A stretch of DNA of 62,768 nucleotides, filler included, from Nemertoderma westbladi (GCA_032718475.1; 4 parts of 4 records of this genome joined end to end with filler, not necessarily neighbours in it); one strand, 5' to 3'. Counted from the first letter of the whole stretch, positions 1 to 13,924 are shown. The notes: generated from the letters alone by a model not told the origin. Numbers and translations: made by a program.

Positions 1-134
1 CCCCGTTGGGTATCCATAGTCCCGCCTGGAACTTCCACTGGTTCCGGTCCGTCAGGACCATGTCCATGTAAACGTCATATAACTTGTTGGGTTGTAGGCC
101 ACTTATATTGTAAGCGAGTGTGGGGAACATCCTC
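1..134 (-). CDS. eomes: T-box transcription factor (Eomes/Tbr1/Tbx21 subfamily), internal exon running off the window
   Basis: After acceptor tttag (AG at 136-135) the minus strand reads (R)RMFPTLAYNISGLQPNKLYDVYMDMVLTDRNQWKFQAGLWIPNG, the T-box segment following EMIITKQG. Absent from the ORF track. Confidence 0.9.
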
Positions 135-266
135 CTAAACAATGTACAATGTATAATATAGTTCGTAAGTAAAGGCATGAAGATTAAACTTCAACATATC
201 CGACAAAATATATCATAAGAAAACAGCATACTGGCACTGGTCCATGTCAGGGACCATGGACACGGT

Positions 267-580
267 ATGCAGCAAACTTCGCCCGCCCGAAGCAATCTTC
301 GCCCGCAAAATGAGCAACTATCGACCGGTGGTAACCTTCGCCCGCATGCAATCTTCGCCCGTGAGCAACCTTCGCCCATTACACTATTATTGTTTTGGTT
401 AGAAAAGCCGACTCTGCAACCTGCTCCTTTCCCTCAATTGGTAACTACATCGTTGATTGTTTTGGTTGGAAAAACCCGTCTCTGCAACCTGCTCCCTTCC
501 CTCAATTTGTTACTAAAATGGTTACTAACACAAATCTTATTGGGCGAAGGTTGTACGCGGGCGAAGGTTGCACCCAACTA
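267..580. mobile_element. MITE-like element with inverted TTCGCCC/GGGCGAA motifs and two copies of the 68-bp satellite unit
   Basis: cttcgccc repeated at left, gggcgaag twice at right; internal ctgcaacctgctcctttccctcaatt matches the 19.6-20.3 kb array. Confidence 0.55.
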
Positions 581-2349
581 TGGGCACTGACAGGCCCCAC
601 ATCAACAAAAAAATGGCTCGCCTTGCTTGCGAATGGTCCTTAGTAAACAAAGCTAAAGCTAAACAAAGCTAAAGCCATCAATCAACCCTAATCTTTACAA
701 ATATGTGAAATCTGAGGGCCCATTTAAAAGAGGAGCTTCACGAAAGAAAGCGATAGATCATGAATATAAGAAGACACAAGTTTAAGGCACGTGTTTGTAT
801 GTGAATATAGGTGTTAGCGTAATGGGCCTATATAAAACTATAACGGTTCCTCTATCGCTGTTAGTACATTCTCAATATAAGACTTTTAACGAAAGGCCTG
901 CCTACCGCCGTAAATTCTTACAGTAATAATAATATTATACAATCCCTGCCCGGTCCACAGTACAGCACAATGTCACAGTGGGGTTCTGATTGACTAGGGA
1001 CTGTCAGGTGTCTAATAATTGATATCAAACCGGTTAGCAGTATGGAGAATGGCTCGTGTTACTTATTGCGTTAGGAAGGTGTCAACCCTCTGAAGATTGA
1101 CTGTTAAGTAACATGGTTCAGTGGGGGTAGGTCTGCCAGCTGCCTTGAATACCATTGGTAAGGCCAGATAGCAGCTGCGGGTAGAACACCCATGCAATTT
1201 ACTAGGGATTGGCCAGCCAGAGGATGAACATTGAATGCCTGGTCTTAACTTTAGGTCAAGCAGCAATGTAACCACCACACATGTGTGAAGTGTGAACTCT
1301 ACGTACTACATGCTGGCTGGCTATTGGGAAATTTACAAAGCTGAACCTGAGGGAAATCCCACTTCACACCTCATCAATTTTGTCTTTGTCCCCCCATTCC
1401 AATAATTATTAAATATTAGTATTAATTGTAAGTAAGTATTAGTCATTGTAATTCCTTCCAAAACTGAAACTAAAATAAAATTACGAGTGGTTTTAAACTC
1501 TTAAGTTGGAGAGAGGGGGGGGGGGGGGGGGGGGGGGGTGACTGAACGCAAATCCAGTCTCGGCGAATTAATATCCCGCCTCAATGTTAAATTATTATCA
1601 ATTAAGGGAAAGGAGCAGGTTATAGTGCACGTTGGTTATTATAACCAAAATAAGAAACGAAACACAATATAACAGGTTGAAGTTTATTTTTTCGGATAAA
1701 TCAGCTTATACAATACAGTCAATAGTCTAAATAAATTCAATATTAAAGTATGTAAACCTTTTGGAAGTGTGGATGGTTTAAATGGTTGAGGTCCATGGAA
1801 TACCTTATTTCGACTTAGCATATTAGCATTATGTCCCTTTATCTATTAAATTTAATTTTTTTGCTTAAACAATTGTGACCTATAATGTACAATAGTTACC
1901 ATGGTGTTTTATATGCAGCTCAAACGATGAACAATAATGGGAACGAGCAGTTGTCTGTAACTATTTATAGAATAAAAATATATATTAATATAATAATATA
2001 ATATATATATAATAAATATAAAATGTATATATCCTATAACATTGAAACATTAAGATTCTGAGCCGTTTCTTTATCAAAATTGAAAGAAAGAAGATGACAA
2101 ATACTGGCATATCTGTTTCTATATTTGGATGCAAATCTCAAATGGTAACATTCCTTAGATCTAGGTTTGGGAGGAATAACAAACCGACCTAAAAGCCAAG
2201 GCCGTGCGCGGGGTTGGGGCGAGCCATGGAGTCAGTGTCGGGGCGCGGCGCAGCCACGTTCCCGAAAGTGGGGGGGGGGGGGGGGGATAAAATAATTTTA
2301 GGTGAATAACCCTCCCCCCCAACCCTCCGCCCCACAAAAAAAAATAAGT

Positions 2350-2432
2350 TTTACAAATCTTAATGATATTGTATTTTCATGAAATTTGAAACTGAGATAG
2401 TTTCACCTCCCTCCTCCTTACTGGGTGAGTCA
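2350..2432. mobile_element. Fragment of the foldback MITE family at 28685-29577
   Basis: catgaaatttgaaactgagatagtttcacctccctcctccttactgggtgag is nearly identical to the arms at ~28764-28816 and (inverted) ~29458-29510. Confidence 0.7.
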
Positions 2433-2871
2433 CTTATCTTGACACGGGAAATCAAAAAATGTAAACATCAATTTGTTTTTTTATTTTATTTTAACCAAAA
2501 CAATATACTATATTTATGGGATAGGAAATACACCTTATACATTAATCAGGTTTACTTATATTGCCAGTGCAGAAACAGTTCACGGGGTTTAGTACCCGAT
2601 CAGAGTTTATTAAGATTATTTACTTCTAAATTGAATATATAAAAAGTGGAAAAAGTGCCGGGGACATATGACAGAGTGGGACGTGTGACGTGTCTCTCGC
2701 GTCCTCCCCTGTGGCTGCGCCACTGAGTCAGTGAGTCGTAGCGTAAACTTTTCTTTGGGTACTTTACTGTGGGCGTAATCACATAGCGTCCGTCCGGTCC
2801 ATCCACGATTCGGTTCATTACAAATTTATAAGAAATTAATTATAATAATCGTTCACTTTATATCAACTTAC

Positions 2872-3449
2872 CTTCCCTGTTTAGTGATTATCATCTCGGT
2901 GTCCACCTGATTGAACCTGGACCACAGCTCGCCCATAACCAAACCGACGACAACTCTCTCGCCTCCTTCCTGGCTGACAATACGGTGATTTTGCGTTTCG
3001 CCGCCGTACTGCCCGCTGAGACAAGTTGAATTGTTGAATGAACAGTGGGGGCGGTTAGTTGACGAGGGAGGGGTGCTGATACTGGCGCATCGCTGGGGGC
3101 AGACATCGGCGTTGCTGTAGAAACAATCCTCCGATACGTCGCTAATTTCGTTACCAACGCAACCGGGGTCGTACGATATTTCGCTAGTATCGTCGCCAGG
3201 GGATACGATACCAGAATCATTGTGATCTTCTTCCTGAGATGTTTCGTTGAAACCTTCACTGGTGTGGGAATCTTGAGTAAAGTAAATATCCCAGGGGTTG
3301 GGGTTGCTCGAGGTTGCAGACTCCAAGTTTCCCTCCTGTATTAATTTTATTCTTTTTGCTTGAGGATTTATAGTAGAAGAATTTGTTGACGGGTACAAAC
3401 AGCTGTCATTATCGCCTTTTTCCCCTAACAAATAACCATAGACTGACAT
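2872..3449 (-). CDS. eomes: T-box transcription factor (Eomes/Tbr1/Tbx21 subfamily), 5' coding exon
   Basis: ATG at 3449 (start uncertain); low-complexity N-terminus ending ELWSRFNQVDTEMIITKQGR at a gtaagt donor. TEMIITKQGRRMFP is characteristic of the Tbr1/Eomes subfamily. Confidence 0.85.
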
Positions 3450-5689
3450 AATTACAAACAATAATAATATATCATCAAAGTTTCACACTTTAATTACACC
3501 CCTAAATTAGCAGCTGTTTATGCTGCCTAAGTTAGTCTCACTCTAGTGATAAGTGACAATATCACTTCTTGTATTCCTCCCTAGACTAATAACAAAGGAA
3601 AGTTTGCATTGCAATAGCGGATTGGTTTCTATTGGTTGCCTTCCATATACCAACAATGCAGTAACCAATAAGAACCCACCTTCCAATTTATTGTATTGGC
3701 CTAGACAGAACATACATTAGGCAGCGTTTCTCCTACCTGAGGTATAGAAACCTTGACTTGGCGGTTTTTGTAATCTACCTATTAGTCTTGTCCCACCCGC
3801 CACTCAGTGAGGGTGAATGGAGGATGTATAAATTATACAGTAAAGTAATATGGATGGATGTATTATGATCCGCATACAAGGGTGATGTAGTAAACAACTC
3901 GCCCGGAACGTATACATTTTTAACCTTAGATACTGTAGGTTCCGACATTCCGTACCGGTAAGTAATAGAATAAACTGCACACTTTTTTTGGAGATCTGTT
4001 TCACTCTTTGTCGAATGACACAAGAAATCTTTTTTTACTTAATTTCTTTTATTCATTTACCTTAACAACGTCAACATACACATCACCGCAGCACCATAAT
4101 TGTGATAAATCACTAACGGGTTAGGATAAGTATGGTGAAGTTATCATGATGAAATTAATGTGTAAACACAGTAAAGGCATGGGAAATGTTTCATCGTATT
4201 ATGTTTCATCCAATCGTAAGACCACCAGAACTGGAGATTATACATTTTGGATCATTTTGAAGATCTGGAGAGTCTCTAATTCGAGTCCCGTAATTGTTTC
4301 CGGAGACTTGAAGTTGTCTTATAAACTGACTAGTAGGTCCAATAATCATAAAAATTTGTAAAAATTTCATTTCCTTCTCTATTAAAATTTCGTGCTCTTT
4401 CTCGTGGAGACATCCAATTGGCACCACTGAGTACAGAAATTTGCAGAAATTGAATGCAAACCAAAAACGTCATCGCATTTACCGATATAGCGGGCTTTCC
4501 AATATTTAGAATGCGCGCCCAAGCCCGGTCCGGCCCGGCCCGGCCCGGCCCGCGGAATAGCCCGGCCAGTGTCCATCTCTGGGCGACAACAAAAGAAACG
4601 CGGGTTTGGGGTCGGCAGCCCCCAATAAAAAGAAAAACAAACAAAATTTGACTATAAAAATGTTTCTTTTATAATTTGAATAAACAGGACAAGATACAAC
4701 TTGTTCTGTAACCATCTTTAACTGTTGTTTATTGCTTTGATGCCAGATTAATTTTAACTCTTTAACTGGGGGGAAGTGTCCGGGGGGGAATTGTCCCAAT
4801 TTGACGGGTTGGAACTGTCCGGGGGGGGGGGGGGGGGAGTGTCCGGGGTGAAGTACCCTAGAACCAAGTTTAGTTATGTGCGTGTTTAATGTTATTATAT
4901 TATATTATTATTATTATATTATTACCATATTATTTATATTATTAGTATGTTTAAATATTAAGTGATATACCCCAATATCAGGATAAAAAGGAGTACTTTT
5001 CCCTAGGGAAGTAGTAACCAAAAGGTTTGCATTGATTTTACTTTTTTCCCGGCGAAAAAGTAAATTAAAATATTTTTTGGTTGAATTATATGTGTTGAAA
5101 GAACATTGAAGAAGAAAAGGTTTGCAAGTAATTTGAGCAAAATCCATTCACACACCCAAAAGTTATTGCAACTTTAGTGTCTGCAGGGCAGGGTGTACTC
5201 CAATACGGAACTCATATCCAATATATTGTTGGTTTCTGTAGTTAAGGGCAAATATTCGAGAACACTAAATTATTTAACATTGAGTAAGGCAGCATAAGGG
5301 GCAGATGAGAGGAAGCAATATAGTAAAATACTACAGTTCAATTTATTTTGTAACAATATATCGCTCTATGTTTTATTAAAGAATTGAGCAACAAAAAAGT
5401 ACCAATTTAAGAATAAAATTACGTATTACATGGGGAAAAAACGTAGAACATTTTTTTTTCAACATTATCTCTTATTAACCTCGCTTGCTCTCGGTAAATA
5501 TAGAAAGAATGCCTCGAAAATAGTGAAAATTAGGCGAGGTCTTTACAACTGATAAATTTAGAACCAACTACAGTATCATATTTGTCTTAGCTAATTAGTT
5601 AACAAATTTCGATTGTATTAAAATTATCTCAAAATGGTAACTTAATTATCTAATGAATCACAGTATTTTGGACGGACACAATAATTGGG

Positions 5690-8060
5690 TGTCCTTATTT
5701 CTCACGAGTTTGTTTCTTTTTGTTTGTTTGTGTGTTTGTTTGTACACACAACTTATTGCACTCAATGTTGATAGAATTGGATGAAACTTTGATGATAGGC
5801 TAATTATCGACCCTAGTTGTGTATGCAAGGTTTTGGTTGGGAGGGACCTGATGGTTGCCTAGCAACAGTGAAATTAATTTTAGAATGACAGATCATAATC
5901 GTAGAGTTCACTCAATCAAAATTCTGTCGACACCCCATAGGATTGTGGCTCTACGCTTGTGGTTCAACGCTTGCGGCTAAACGTTTGTAGCTCAATACTA
6001 GTGACTCATACTTGTGGCTCGACGCTTGCGGCTTAACGTTTGTAGCTCAATACTAGTGGCTCATGCTTGTGGCTCGACGCTTGTGGTTCAACGCTTGCGG
6101 CTCAACGTTTGTAGCTCAATACTAGTGGCTCATGCTTGTGGCTCGACGCTTGCGGCTCAACGTTTGTAGCTCAATACTAGTGACTCATACTTGTGGCTCG
6201 ACGCTTGCGGCTTAACGTTTGTAGCTCAATACTAGTGGCTCATGCTTGTGGCTCTACGCTTGTGGTTCAACGCTTGCGGCTCAACGTTTGTAGCTCAATA
6301 CTTGTGGCTCATACTTGTGGCTCGACGCTTGCGGCTTAACGTTTGTAGCTCAATACTAGTGGCTCATGCTTGTGGCTCGACGCTTGTGGTTCAACGCTTG
6401 CGGCTCAACGTTTGTAGCTCAATACTAGTGGCTCATGCTTGTGGCTCGACGCTTGCGGCTCAACGTTTGTAGCTCAATACTAGTGGCTCATGCTTGTGGC
6501 TCTACGCTTGTGGTTCAACGCTTGCGGCTCAACGTTTGTAGCTCAATACTTGTGGCTCATACTTGTGGCTCGACGCTTGCGGCTTAACGTTTGTAGCTCA
6601 ATACTAGTGGCTCATGCTTGTGGCTCGACGCTTGTGGTTCAACGCTTGCGGCTAAACGTTTGTAGCTCAATACTAGTGACTCATACTTGTGGCTCGACGC
6701 TTGCGGCTTAACGTTTGTAGCTCAATACTAGTGGCTCATGCTTGTGGCTCTACGCTTATGGTTCAACGCTTGCGGCTCAACGTTTGTAGCTCAATACTTG
6801 TGGCTCATACTTGTGGCTCGACGCTTGCGGCTTAACGTTTGTAGCTCAATACTAGTGGCTCATGCTTGTGGCTCGACGCTTGTGGTTCAACGCTTGCGGC
6901 TCAACGTTTGTAGCTCAATACTAGTGGCTCATGCTTGTGGTTCAACGCTTGCGGCTCAACGTTTGTAGCTCAATACTAGTGGCTCATGCTTGTGGGTCGA
7001 CGATTGTGGTTCAACGCTTGTGGCTGACGCTTGTGGCTCAACGCTTGTGACTCAACGCTTGTGGTTCAACGCTTGCGGCTCAACGTTTGTAGCTCAATAC
7101 TAGTGGCTCATGCTTGTGGCTCGACGCTTGTGGTGCAACGCTTGCGGCTCAACGTTTGTAGCTCAATACTAGTGGCTCATGCTTGTGGCTCGACGCTTGT
7201 GGTTCAACGCTTGCGGATCAACGTCTGTAGCTCAATACTAGTGGCTCATGCTTGTGGCTCGACGCTTGTGGTTCAACGCTTGTGGCTGACGCTTGTGGCT
7301 CAACGCTTGTGACTCAACGCTTGTGGTTCAAAGCTTGCGGCTCACTTGGACGTTTGTAGCTCAATACTAGTGGCTCATGCTTGTGGCTCGACGCTTGCGG
7401 CTCAACGTTTGTAGCTCAATACCAGTGGGTCATGCTTGTGGCTCGACGCTTGTGGTTCAACGCTTGCGGCTCAACGTTTGTAGCTCAATACTAGTGACTC
7501 ATGCTTGTGGCTCGACGCTTGTGGTTCAACGCTTGTGGCTGACGCTTGTGGCTCAACGCTTGTGACTCAACGCTTGTGGTTCAACGCTTGCGGCTCAACG
7601 TTTGTTGCTCAATACTAGTGGCTCATGCTTGTGGCTCGACGCTTGCGGCTCAACGTTTGTAGCTCAATACTAGTGGCTCATGCTTGTGGCTCGACGCTTG
7701 TGGTTCAACGCTTGCGGCTCAACGTTTGTAGCTCAATACTAGTGGATCATGCTTGTGGCTCGACGCTTGCGGCTCAACATTTGTAGCTCAATACTAGTGG
7801 CTCACGCTTGTGGCTCGACGCTTGTGGTTCAACGCTTGTGGCTGACGCTTGTGGCTCAGCTCAGAAGATCAGTTAGAATATCACAAACTCCGAATTTCAT
7901 CTTCCTAACGAGCTTCTCATAGAGCTATCCTGCTGGCGCACACGAAGTGGGGCCTTCGCGTAGCACATCACTCGAAAGAATTATCAGCAAAATCTAAGCG
8001 TGTCCCCTAATCACTTTACCACCTAGAGGCAGACTGGGTAACATCAGTCTGAGGTCTTTA
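5690..8060. mobile_element. Putative Helentron/HINE (DINE-1-like) non-autonomous element hosting a satellite
   Basis: GTTT microsatellite (~5710-5745), a following ggatgaaacttt block, then a long central tandem array; ends not defined. Confidence 0.4.
5940..7858. repeat. Complex satellite of 13-14-bp monomers with higher-order periodicity (248 bp locally)
   Basis: Monomers gcttgtggctcaac / gtttgtagctcaat / actagtggctcat; near-identical ORFs start at 6242, 6490 and 6738. Confidence 0.95.
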
Positions 8061-8384
8061 ATATATGTTCTAGGCATCGATTACGAATAAAGGATTATAA
8101 ACAACGAAATGGCTGAATCTTTTCATTTCATCCCACCAGCAATAGACTATCAGATATTTCGACCTCTAGCGGAAAATTGTAGAAGTGTAGTACCTGCAGC
8201 AAGGCCAACCCGTATCAGCCGACAATGCGCCAATCGCCAATCAGTTCATTATCAATTGGGCAACTCAAAGCAATAATGGGTTCGTTCTACAGTCAATGAA
8301 GCGATCAACGCGCGGTTTTCACATGTGGAGAGCAGAATAACGGCTGTTGAAAAGGAGAATGAGAACAAGCCTATTCCAGTTGCC

Positions 8385-8618
8385 TTAGCTTCGCGGCAAC
8401 CGCCAGCACTGGACACACACATAGTCGTTGCATTTCCAATCTATTACTCCGGAATTCTCATTAACTCGAGCGTGGACGCGGTAGGGTTGACTTCTTACAC
8501 GATGTTCTGGTGTTATTTTGGCCTTAACTGTGCAATGAGGACCATCTCTCTTTACCCATCTAATAGCATTGTCACTGTACGTTATTCCGCCGGATCTATA
8601 TTTTGAATAGGACATCAT
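8385..8618 (-). pseudogene. Degenerate SWIM zinc-finger ORF fragment, probably from a DNA transposon (KolobokP-like SWIM/nuclease protein)
   Basis: RSGGITYSDNAIRWVKRDG..CTVKAKITPEHRVRSQPYRV...KCND, then a frameshifted CVSSAGGC, fits a CxDCxxxxGGCKH SWIM motif. Confidence 0.5.
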
Positions 8619-9644
8619 GTTATAGAATTGGTAAAGTGAGAGTTGTGTTGCTAATATTCGGATTTATATTGTCCCGAAAACGCCGTATCGAAAAACTGAA
8701 AAAGTTCTTCAACGCATTACATGTTGCATCAATCTACGGGAATACTTAATACACGTATGTAGTCTGGTCTGGTCTTCCTTGTCGATTTCAGAGACAGATG
8801 AGCAGCTTGCTGATGAGTCATAACTGACTACCGTAAATATTTTCATTTGGAATTTTTGAATCCACATCCTATTACATGTAGCGGGTTATATAGGCTAATA
8901 TTCGATGCAATCGTGGCCATTTTAATCTTAACTTAAATTTGTTAATGCACGAAACGAAACGAAGCAGCATACCTTGTACTTCACTATTGTGGATCTACGT
9001 ATCCTTTATTTTAATTAAATAATTAATGTATGAAATATATTTTAACTCATAATCTAGAACTATGTGTGAATGTGTTATTTTTAGTAATTGACTTATATTA
9101 CATAACTGAAATTTCGTGGCCGGGTTGTGTTTATAAATATGTAATGTTTAAACATTTTAATTCCCTGTAATGCGGTTTACGAATTTTATTATTTTATTAC
9201 GAATTTATTGTTGATCAAATAAATGCCAGATAGTCTGGCGCTGCGCGCATCATTGCGCGATAAACTAAACTAAACTATTGTAATACGAGATTATTACTAA
9301 ATGCAGATCCACATCATATTAGAAATTGAAATTTCACTCAAAATGGTATACAAACTAATTTGAATCGCGTGAATTTATTATAAATTTTTGATTTTTCACG
9401 GTAAACTATTCTATATACTTCACGCTGGACTACTGTAATTACATAATTGTGCGTAAAGTTACACTTTACACTGTCCAAGATGTTTGTTAAAAACTCGTAA
9501 ACTACTTTGATACCACAAATTACAATCTAATATAATAATAGTATTTGTTGTTAATAGAATTGAGTGAGAATTGAGACTAATATTAGACTGGTGGTACAAA
9601 ACGCGTGGCCGTATTTAGCTATATTTGTATTTATAGCTAACAAC

Positions 9645-10170
9645 TCTATGGATGGACATTAGTAACAAGCTCTGCAGTAAGAAACTCAGCCAATGCATCA
9701 ATTGGTGGAGTAGGAATTCTGTTAAGCCCATTTGCACTTAAGACCCTAAATAACATCGAATCTTTCATCGAATCGAATTCCAGGGTTATGATCGGATGAT
9801 CATTTGATGGGAATCCCAAGGCAACAGTTATATGTTGCACCTATAACACCAGTTCTAACAGAAATGGGTGCTTACTATTAGACCTAATGGAAGAATGTGA
9901 ATTGATACCAACAAACAACACATTCGATAAGAGTAAGGGGAAGATTTGGACCTTTCAATACCCTAATGGAACCAAAGCACAACTGGATTACATCCTTATA
10001 AACAAAAAGTGGAGAAACAGCATGATCAACTGCGAGGCATACAGCTCGTTCAACCTAATTGGTTCGGACCACAGAATTGTGAATGCAAAGATCAGAGAGT
10101 TTGAGAGCCAGCAAACCCAGGACAAGAAAGCAAATCAAATATGACTGGGAGAAACTCAGAACTGACAATG
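9645..10170 (+). pseudogene. RTE-like LINE endonuclease (APE) fragment
   Basis: GGVGILLS; NRNGCLLLDLM; WTFQYPNGTKAQLDYILINKKW; GSDHRIV; disrupted by frameshifts and deletion. Confidence 0.85.
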
Positions 10171-11506
10171 CTATTTTGAAGTTATTTAAAATTTGAATTT
10201 AATGCATAATTATTTGTTTCTCATGTTGTTGTAATAATTTATGGTACAATACCAGCTGTATCAACCACCCTCCGTGAAAAAAGATTATGATTCAGTGGGC
10301 ACTGCTGCTGCTGGTGAAGTAAAGACGAGGTCATACCAATAAATCTACTTTTCTGGCTACCAACACATGGAAAGCGTAGTCGTGGACGACCGGCTATAAC
10401 ATATATAGATCAACTTGAAAGGGATACCGAACTTGGGAGAAACGAAATTGCGACAACTATGGAGCATTAGGAAGCCTGGAAGAATCTCTCCACTGTCCGA
10501 GTTCGCTCGACCTAGTAGTAGTAGTAGTAGTAGTACTCTATGGTACAAATAGTATTTTATCAATTAAGTATTTATTAATAGTATTTATTAGTGTAATGTA
10601 AATTTATTAGTAATGACGCAGTGGGCTGGGGCTCGAGGATGGGGCGGGTCTCCCGCTCACTACTTGAGATGCGGCCGAACAGTAGTACAGTACTGCCAGA
10701 CTGTTTCATTTTTAATTATTTACATTATTTTATATTTACATATCTGTATAGGTGGTGGGCGTTTATTTACATTTTGTTTCGGAAAGTTGTAAAAAAGGTG
10801 GTTAGATTTCATGAATTGTTATTGTAATATATTTATTAGTAATTATTTATTAAGTAATTAATATTATTCTAGAATAATTAACTTGATATAAATAATTTTG
10901 CCTCCATTGCGCTATCATATAATCCATCCTTAACTCAACACAAATACACATCCAAATACAGTAAATACTTAGCTACATTAATTATATTTGTCATATTTTA
11001 GATTACAGAGATATTTAGCCAATCAACTGCGCTTGACAACTGTTGCTGTGTTATGGCTGACGTCAAATGCACAAGTTCCTAAAGCGGCCTGATTTTTCGA
11101 TGTTGCTAATTTTGCGTTTTAAAATCGCTATATTTCAGCCAATATTAATTTTTTTTTTAAGTAAAATTGCTCTCTGGGCAGCTGGGTTTTTTTTCACATA
11201 CTCTTTCACATGAATCCAACAAAAACGCGAAAAAAATTTCCGAGTCGCCTAGGCCTACCCCATTACCGTACCGGTACCGGTACGGTACTGAATTAGCAAA
11301 TACATTTTTATTTGTATTTATATTTGATAATTATATTTGATAAATTTATATTTGATAAGACAGTAAGAGAGTACCGTAGGCCTTTTATCTACTGTAATAC
11401 GTGTGCTTTCATTCAGTACTTACTGCAGTACTGCACTGCCGGTACCATCTGACCTAAGCAACTCCAAGTGCAGAAGTGCAAAATTACAATACAGCAATCT
11501 GGCAAT

Positions 11507-12010
11507 ATGAGTGAAGTTGCTCGGAAACTTTCCTTTCGCCGTCGGAAGTGTCGTCTCAGCAAAAAGAATGATGTCGACAGTTTGGCTATACTTTGTGATG
11601 ATTCTGGTAAAGAGAACTCTACTGAAATTACAGCGTGTAGCAATAATAGCGGCGCGGGTCGTAAACGTAGATGGCTAGGTGGTTTCCTTGCCGACAAGAC
11701 CAACGTTGCTTCATCGGTGAGTGAATCGGAACGCGAACTTAAACCGTCTGATAGCGGCTTCCCGAAACCGTCTCTGCGTTTCTTTGGGAAGTCGGTCGGT
11801 TACCAGTCCATCCCGGAAGAAACCTCCCCCGGCGAACACGCTAACAACGGTGTACCGGTACTAGAGACCGAAACTGCTCGGGGTTGCCGTGGTTACATGA
11901 AACTCACCAATAGTTGCGAAGTGAATGAATCCGTGGGTTCCACTGGAGTTGAGGTCTCGAAGCAGAATGTTACCGGGGCGGTTGCCGATACCGGTAGTCG
12001 TATTAGATGA
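11507..12010 (+). CDS. Orphan ORF (167 aa), possible host gene or exon
   Basis: GC-richer open frame in AT-rich DNA; basic NLS-like runs, a KEN motif and LADKTN; no domain recognised. Confidence 0.4.
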   Translation: MSEVARKLSFRRRKCRLSKKNDVDSLAILCDDSGKENSTEITACSNNSGAGRKRRWLGGFLADKTNVASSVSESERELKPSDSGFPKPSLRFFGKSVGYQSIPEETSPGEHANNGVPVLETETARGCRGYMKLTNSCEVNESVGSTGVEVSKQNVTGAVADTGSRIR

Positions 12011-13924
12011 ATGACGCGTTTATAATCCTGAGTTTATTATGAGTTTAGTCAGGTACGGCAGTAGACTGAGTAGAGAAGACTGCAAACTGAACTGTCTGAC
12101 TTTTTCAACTACAGGTTGATTTGATGCGATAACGATACAGTTGTGGTTGGTAATCAATCATTATAACGGTTGTCGGTGTTTATCATTAGGCATATTGATT
12201 TTGACATATTGTCACAGAGCTGCAGAGATTAGGCCTACTTAGCTAAGGCGATCTGCTCTTGTACAACATTATACTGGTATATAGTATAGCCATATTATAT
12301 ATATACCGGTATATAAGTGATACCGGTATGTATAATTGTATAAGTTGTTTTATACAGAAATGACTTTATTGATTATGTTATAAATTTAGTTACTGCCTCG
12401 ATATAGGGCCTATTTTGCGTAGCCCTACATATATTTGTATTTAACCGCAATAATGCAATATGTATGCAATATGAGACAGATATGTTTTTTTTTTACCGGT
12501 AGGTAAGGGTAAGACCTTACAATCATGTTTTTTAAATTGATTATTTTATTAAATTTCTTCGTTTTCTACAACAGCATTTTAATAGAAATTTACACTTTAC
12601 TTAATATTCTCACAATCCAATACCCTACATATGCAATAACTTGTCTGTATTTAATGAATATATTTTTATGAATCAAGGTCCGCGGTGGATTGGTTGGATG
12701 GGGATTGGTCTATCCTAGAATAGATTGCTTCTTTTCTTTTTTTACCCTCATCCATAAATATATAAAAAATCGGCAAATATCGTCCACGGGGAATCTGCCA
12801 ATCAATGGATCAAAGGAACTGTCAATCAATCGATTTACAATTACCGGTAAGCAGATTTCTTCTGTTTCGATTTTTTTCGATTCTATAGATGGGTTGTTTA
12901 TGTCTAAAGAATGTGTATTTCTTGTATACCGGCACCGATACGTTCTTACTTAGATGTCTTCTAACCCTAGAAGGGGATATTCTATTATATCTTATAGACA
13001 AAATCACGTCCCCCTCCATGGTCAACTATATATATTCATTAATATTATACATTTATCATTAAATATGTATTTTCTATATATATAATTTGACGTACGGTAT
13101 GAAATATAATCAGTAAACAATATTTAATTTGTAATGTGAGTCTTAATAAAATAATATAAACTATATTAAATAAAGGTATTTATTATTTATTGTAATACCG
13201 GTATATATTTTGTTTGACATTTTATTAATATATAATAATGGTTTCTAGTTATCAAATTTATATTAATGTTATTATTTATTAACCATATTTATTTTATTCA
13301 CCACAACTGCCTGAACCTGTTTTTATGGTATTATGTCTTTACTTTGAAGTTCGAGTTATTTACAATTTCTGATATTTCGAAGACAACATTCAAGGTGGGT
13401 GTTCTCCAGGATAGAAACTATTTTATATTGAGTTACAGTTAGTTATAGTAGAAGATCGCTACTTGGAATCTTCAACAAAAAACGTGGAGTTTGTTATAAA
13501 ATATGTCGCAATTCTAGAACTTTTATTTGCTATTTAAGTAACACAAAATCAAACATGTTACTGGTTTCTATAAGAATATATTGTATTATAGCTTTTGTTT
13601 CCAATTCTGGCGAACACGAACACCCAGTATTTTGCATGCCGGTGTGGTAAGGTAATAATATTTTAGTAATATAATTAATCTTAAATTGTGCTTTTTGTCA
13701 TGTGAAAGTTTACAAAGCTATATTTAAATCATCGCTTCTTCTATTATATTATATACTAAGCGTGACGGTCTTTTATACTAATGATTTACGTATATAAGAG
13801 ATTATCCGAAAATTTGGCAACAATTCACACGTTTTAAGAGATCGATTTCTAAGAATGAGGATTAACATCTTGTAAACCCAATTGTCATGGATGGATTATT
13901 TCCGCCATCCCCACTGGTCTACAA

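Larger units (their letters stand above)
135..2871 (-). other. GT-AG phase-2 intron of the T-box gene (2737 nt)
   Basis: Donor AG|gtaagt at 2872/2871 and acceptor ttag|G at 135/134; splicing restores TKQGRRMFP in frame. Confidence 0.88.

Noticed and set aside
4500-4860. GC-rich regulatory island or G-quadruplex upstream of the T-box gene
   Set aside because: The (GGCCC)n and GGGGAANTGTCC runs look like terminal motifs of non-autonomous DNA transposons; nothing supports a regulatory role.
6242-7565. Repetitive ORFs in satellites (also 13885-14245 and 42407-43117)
   Set aside because: They are translations of tandem repeats with no independent coding evidence.
12690-13660. Possible decayed coding sequence
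   Set aside because: Short broken frames with no recognisable motif.
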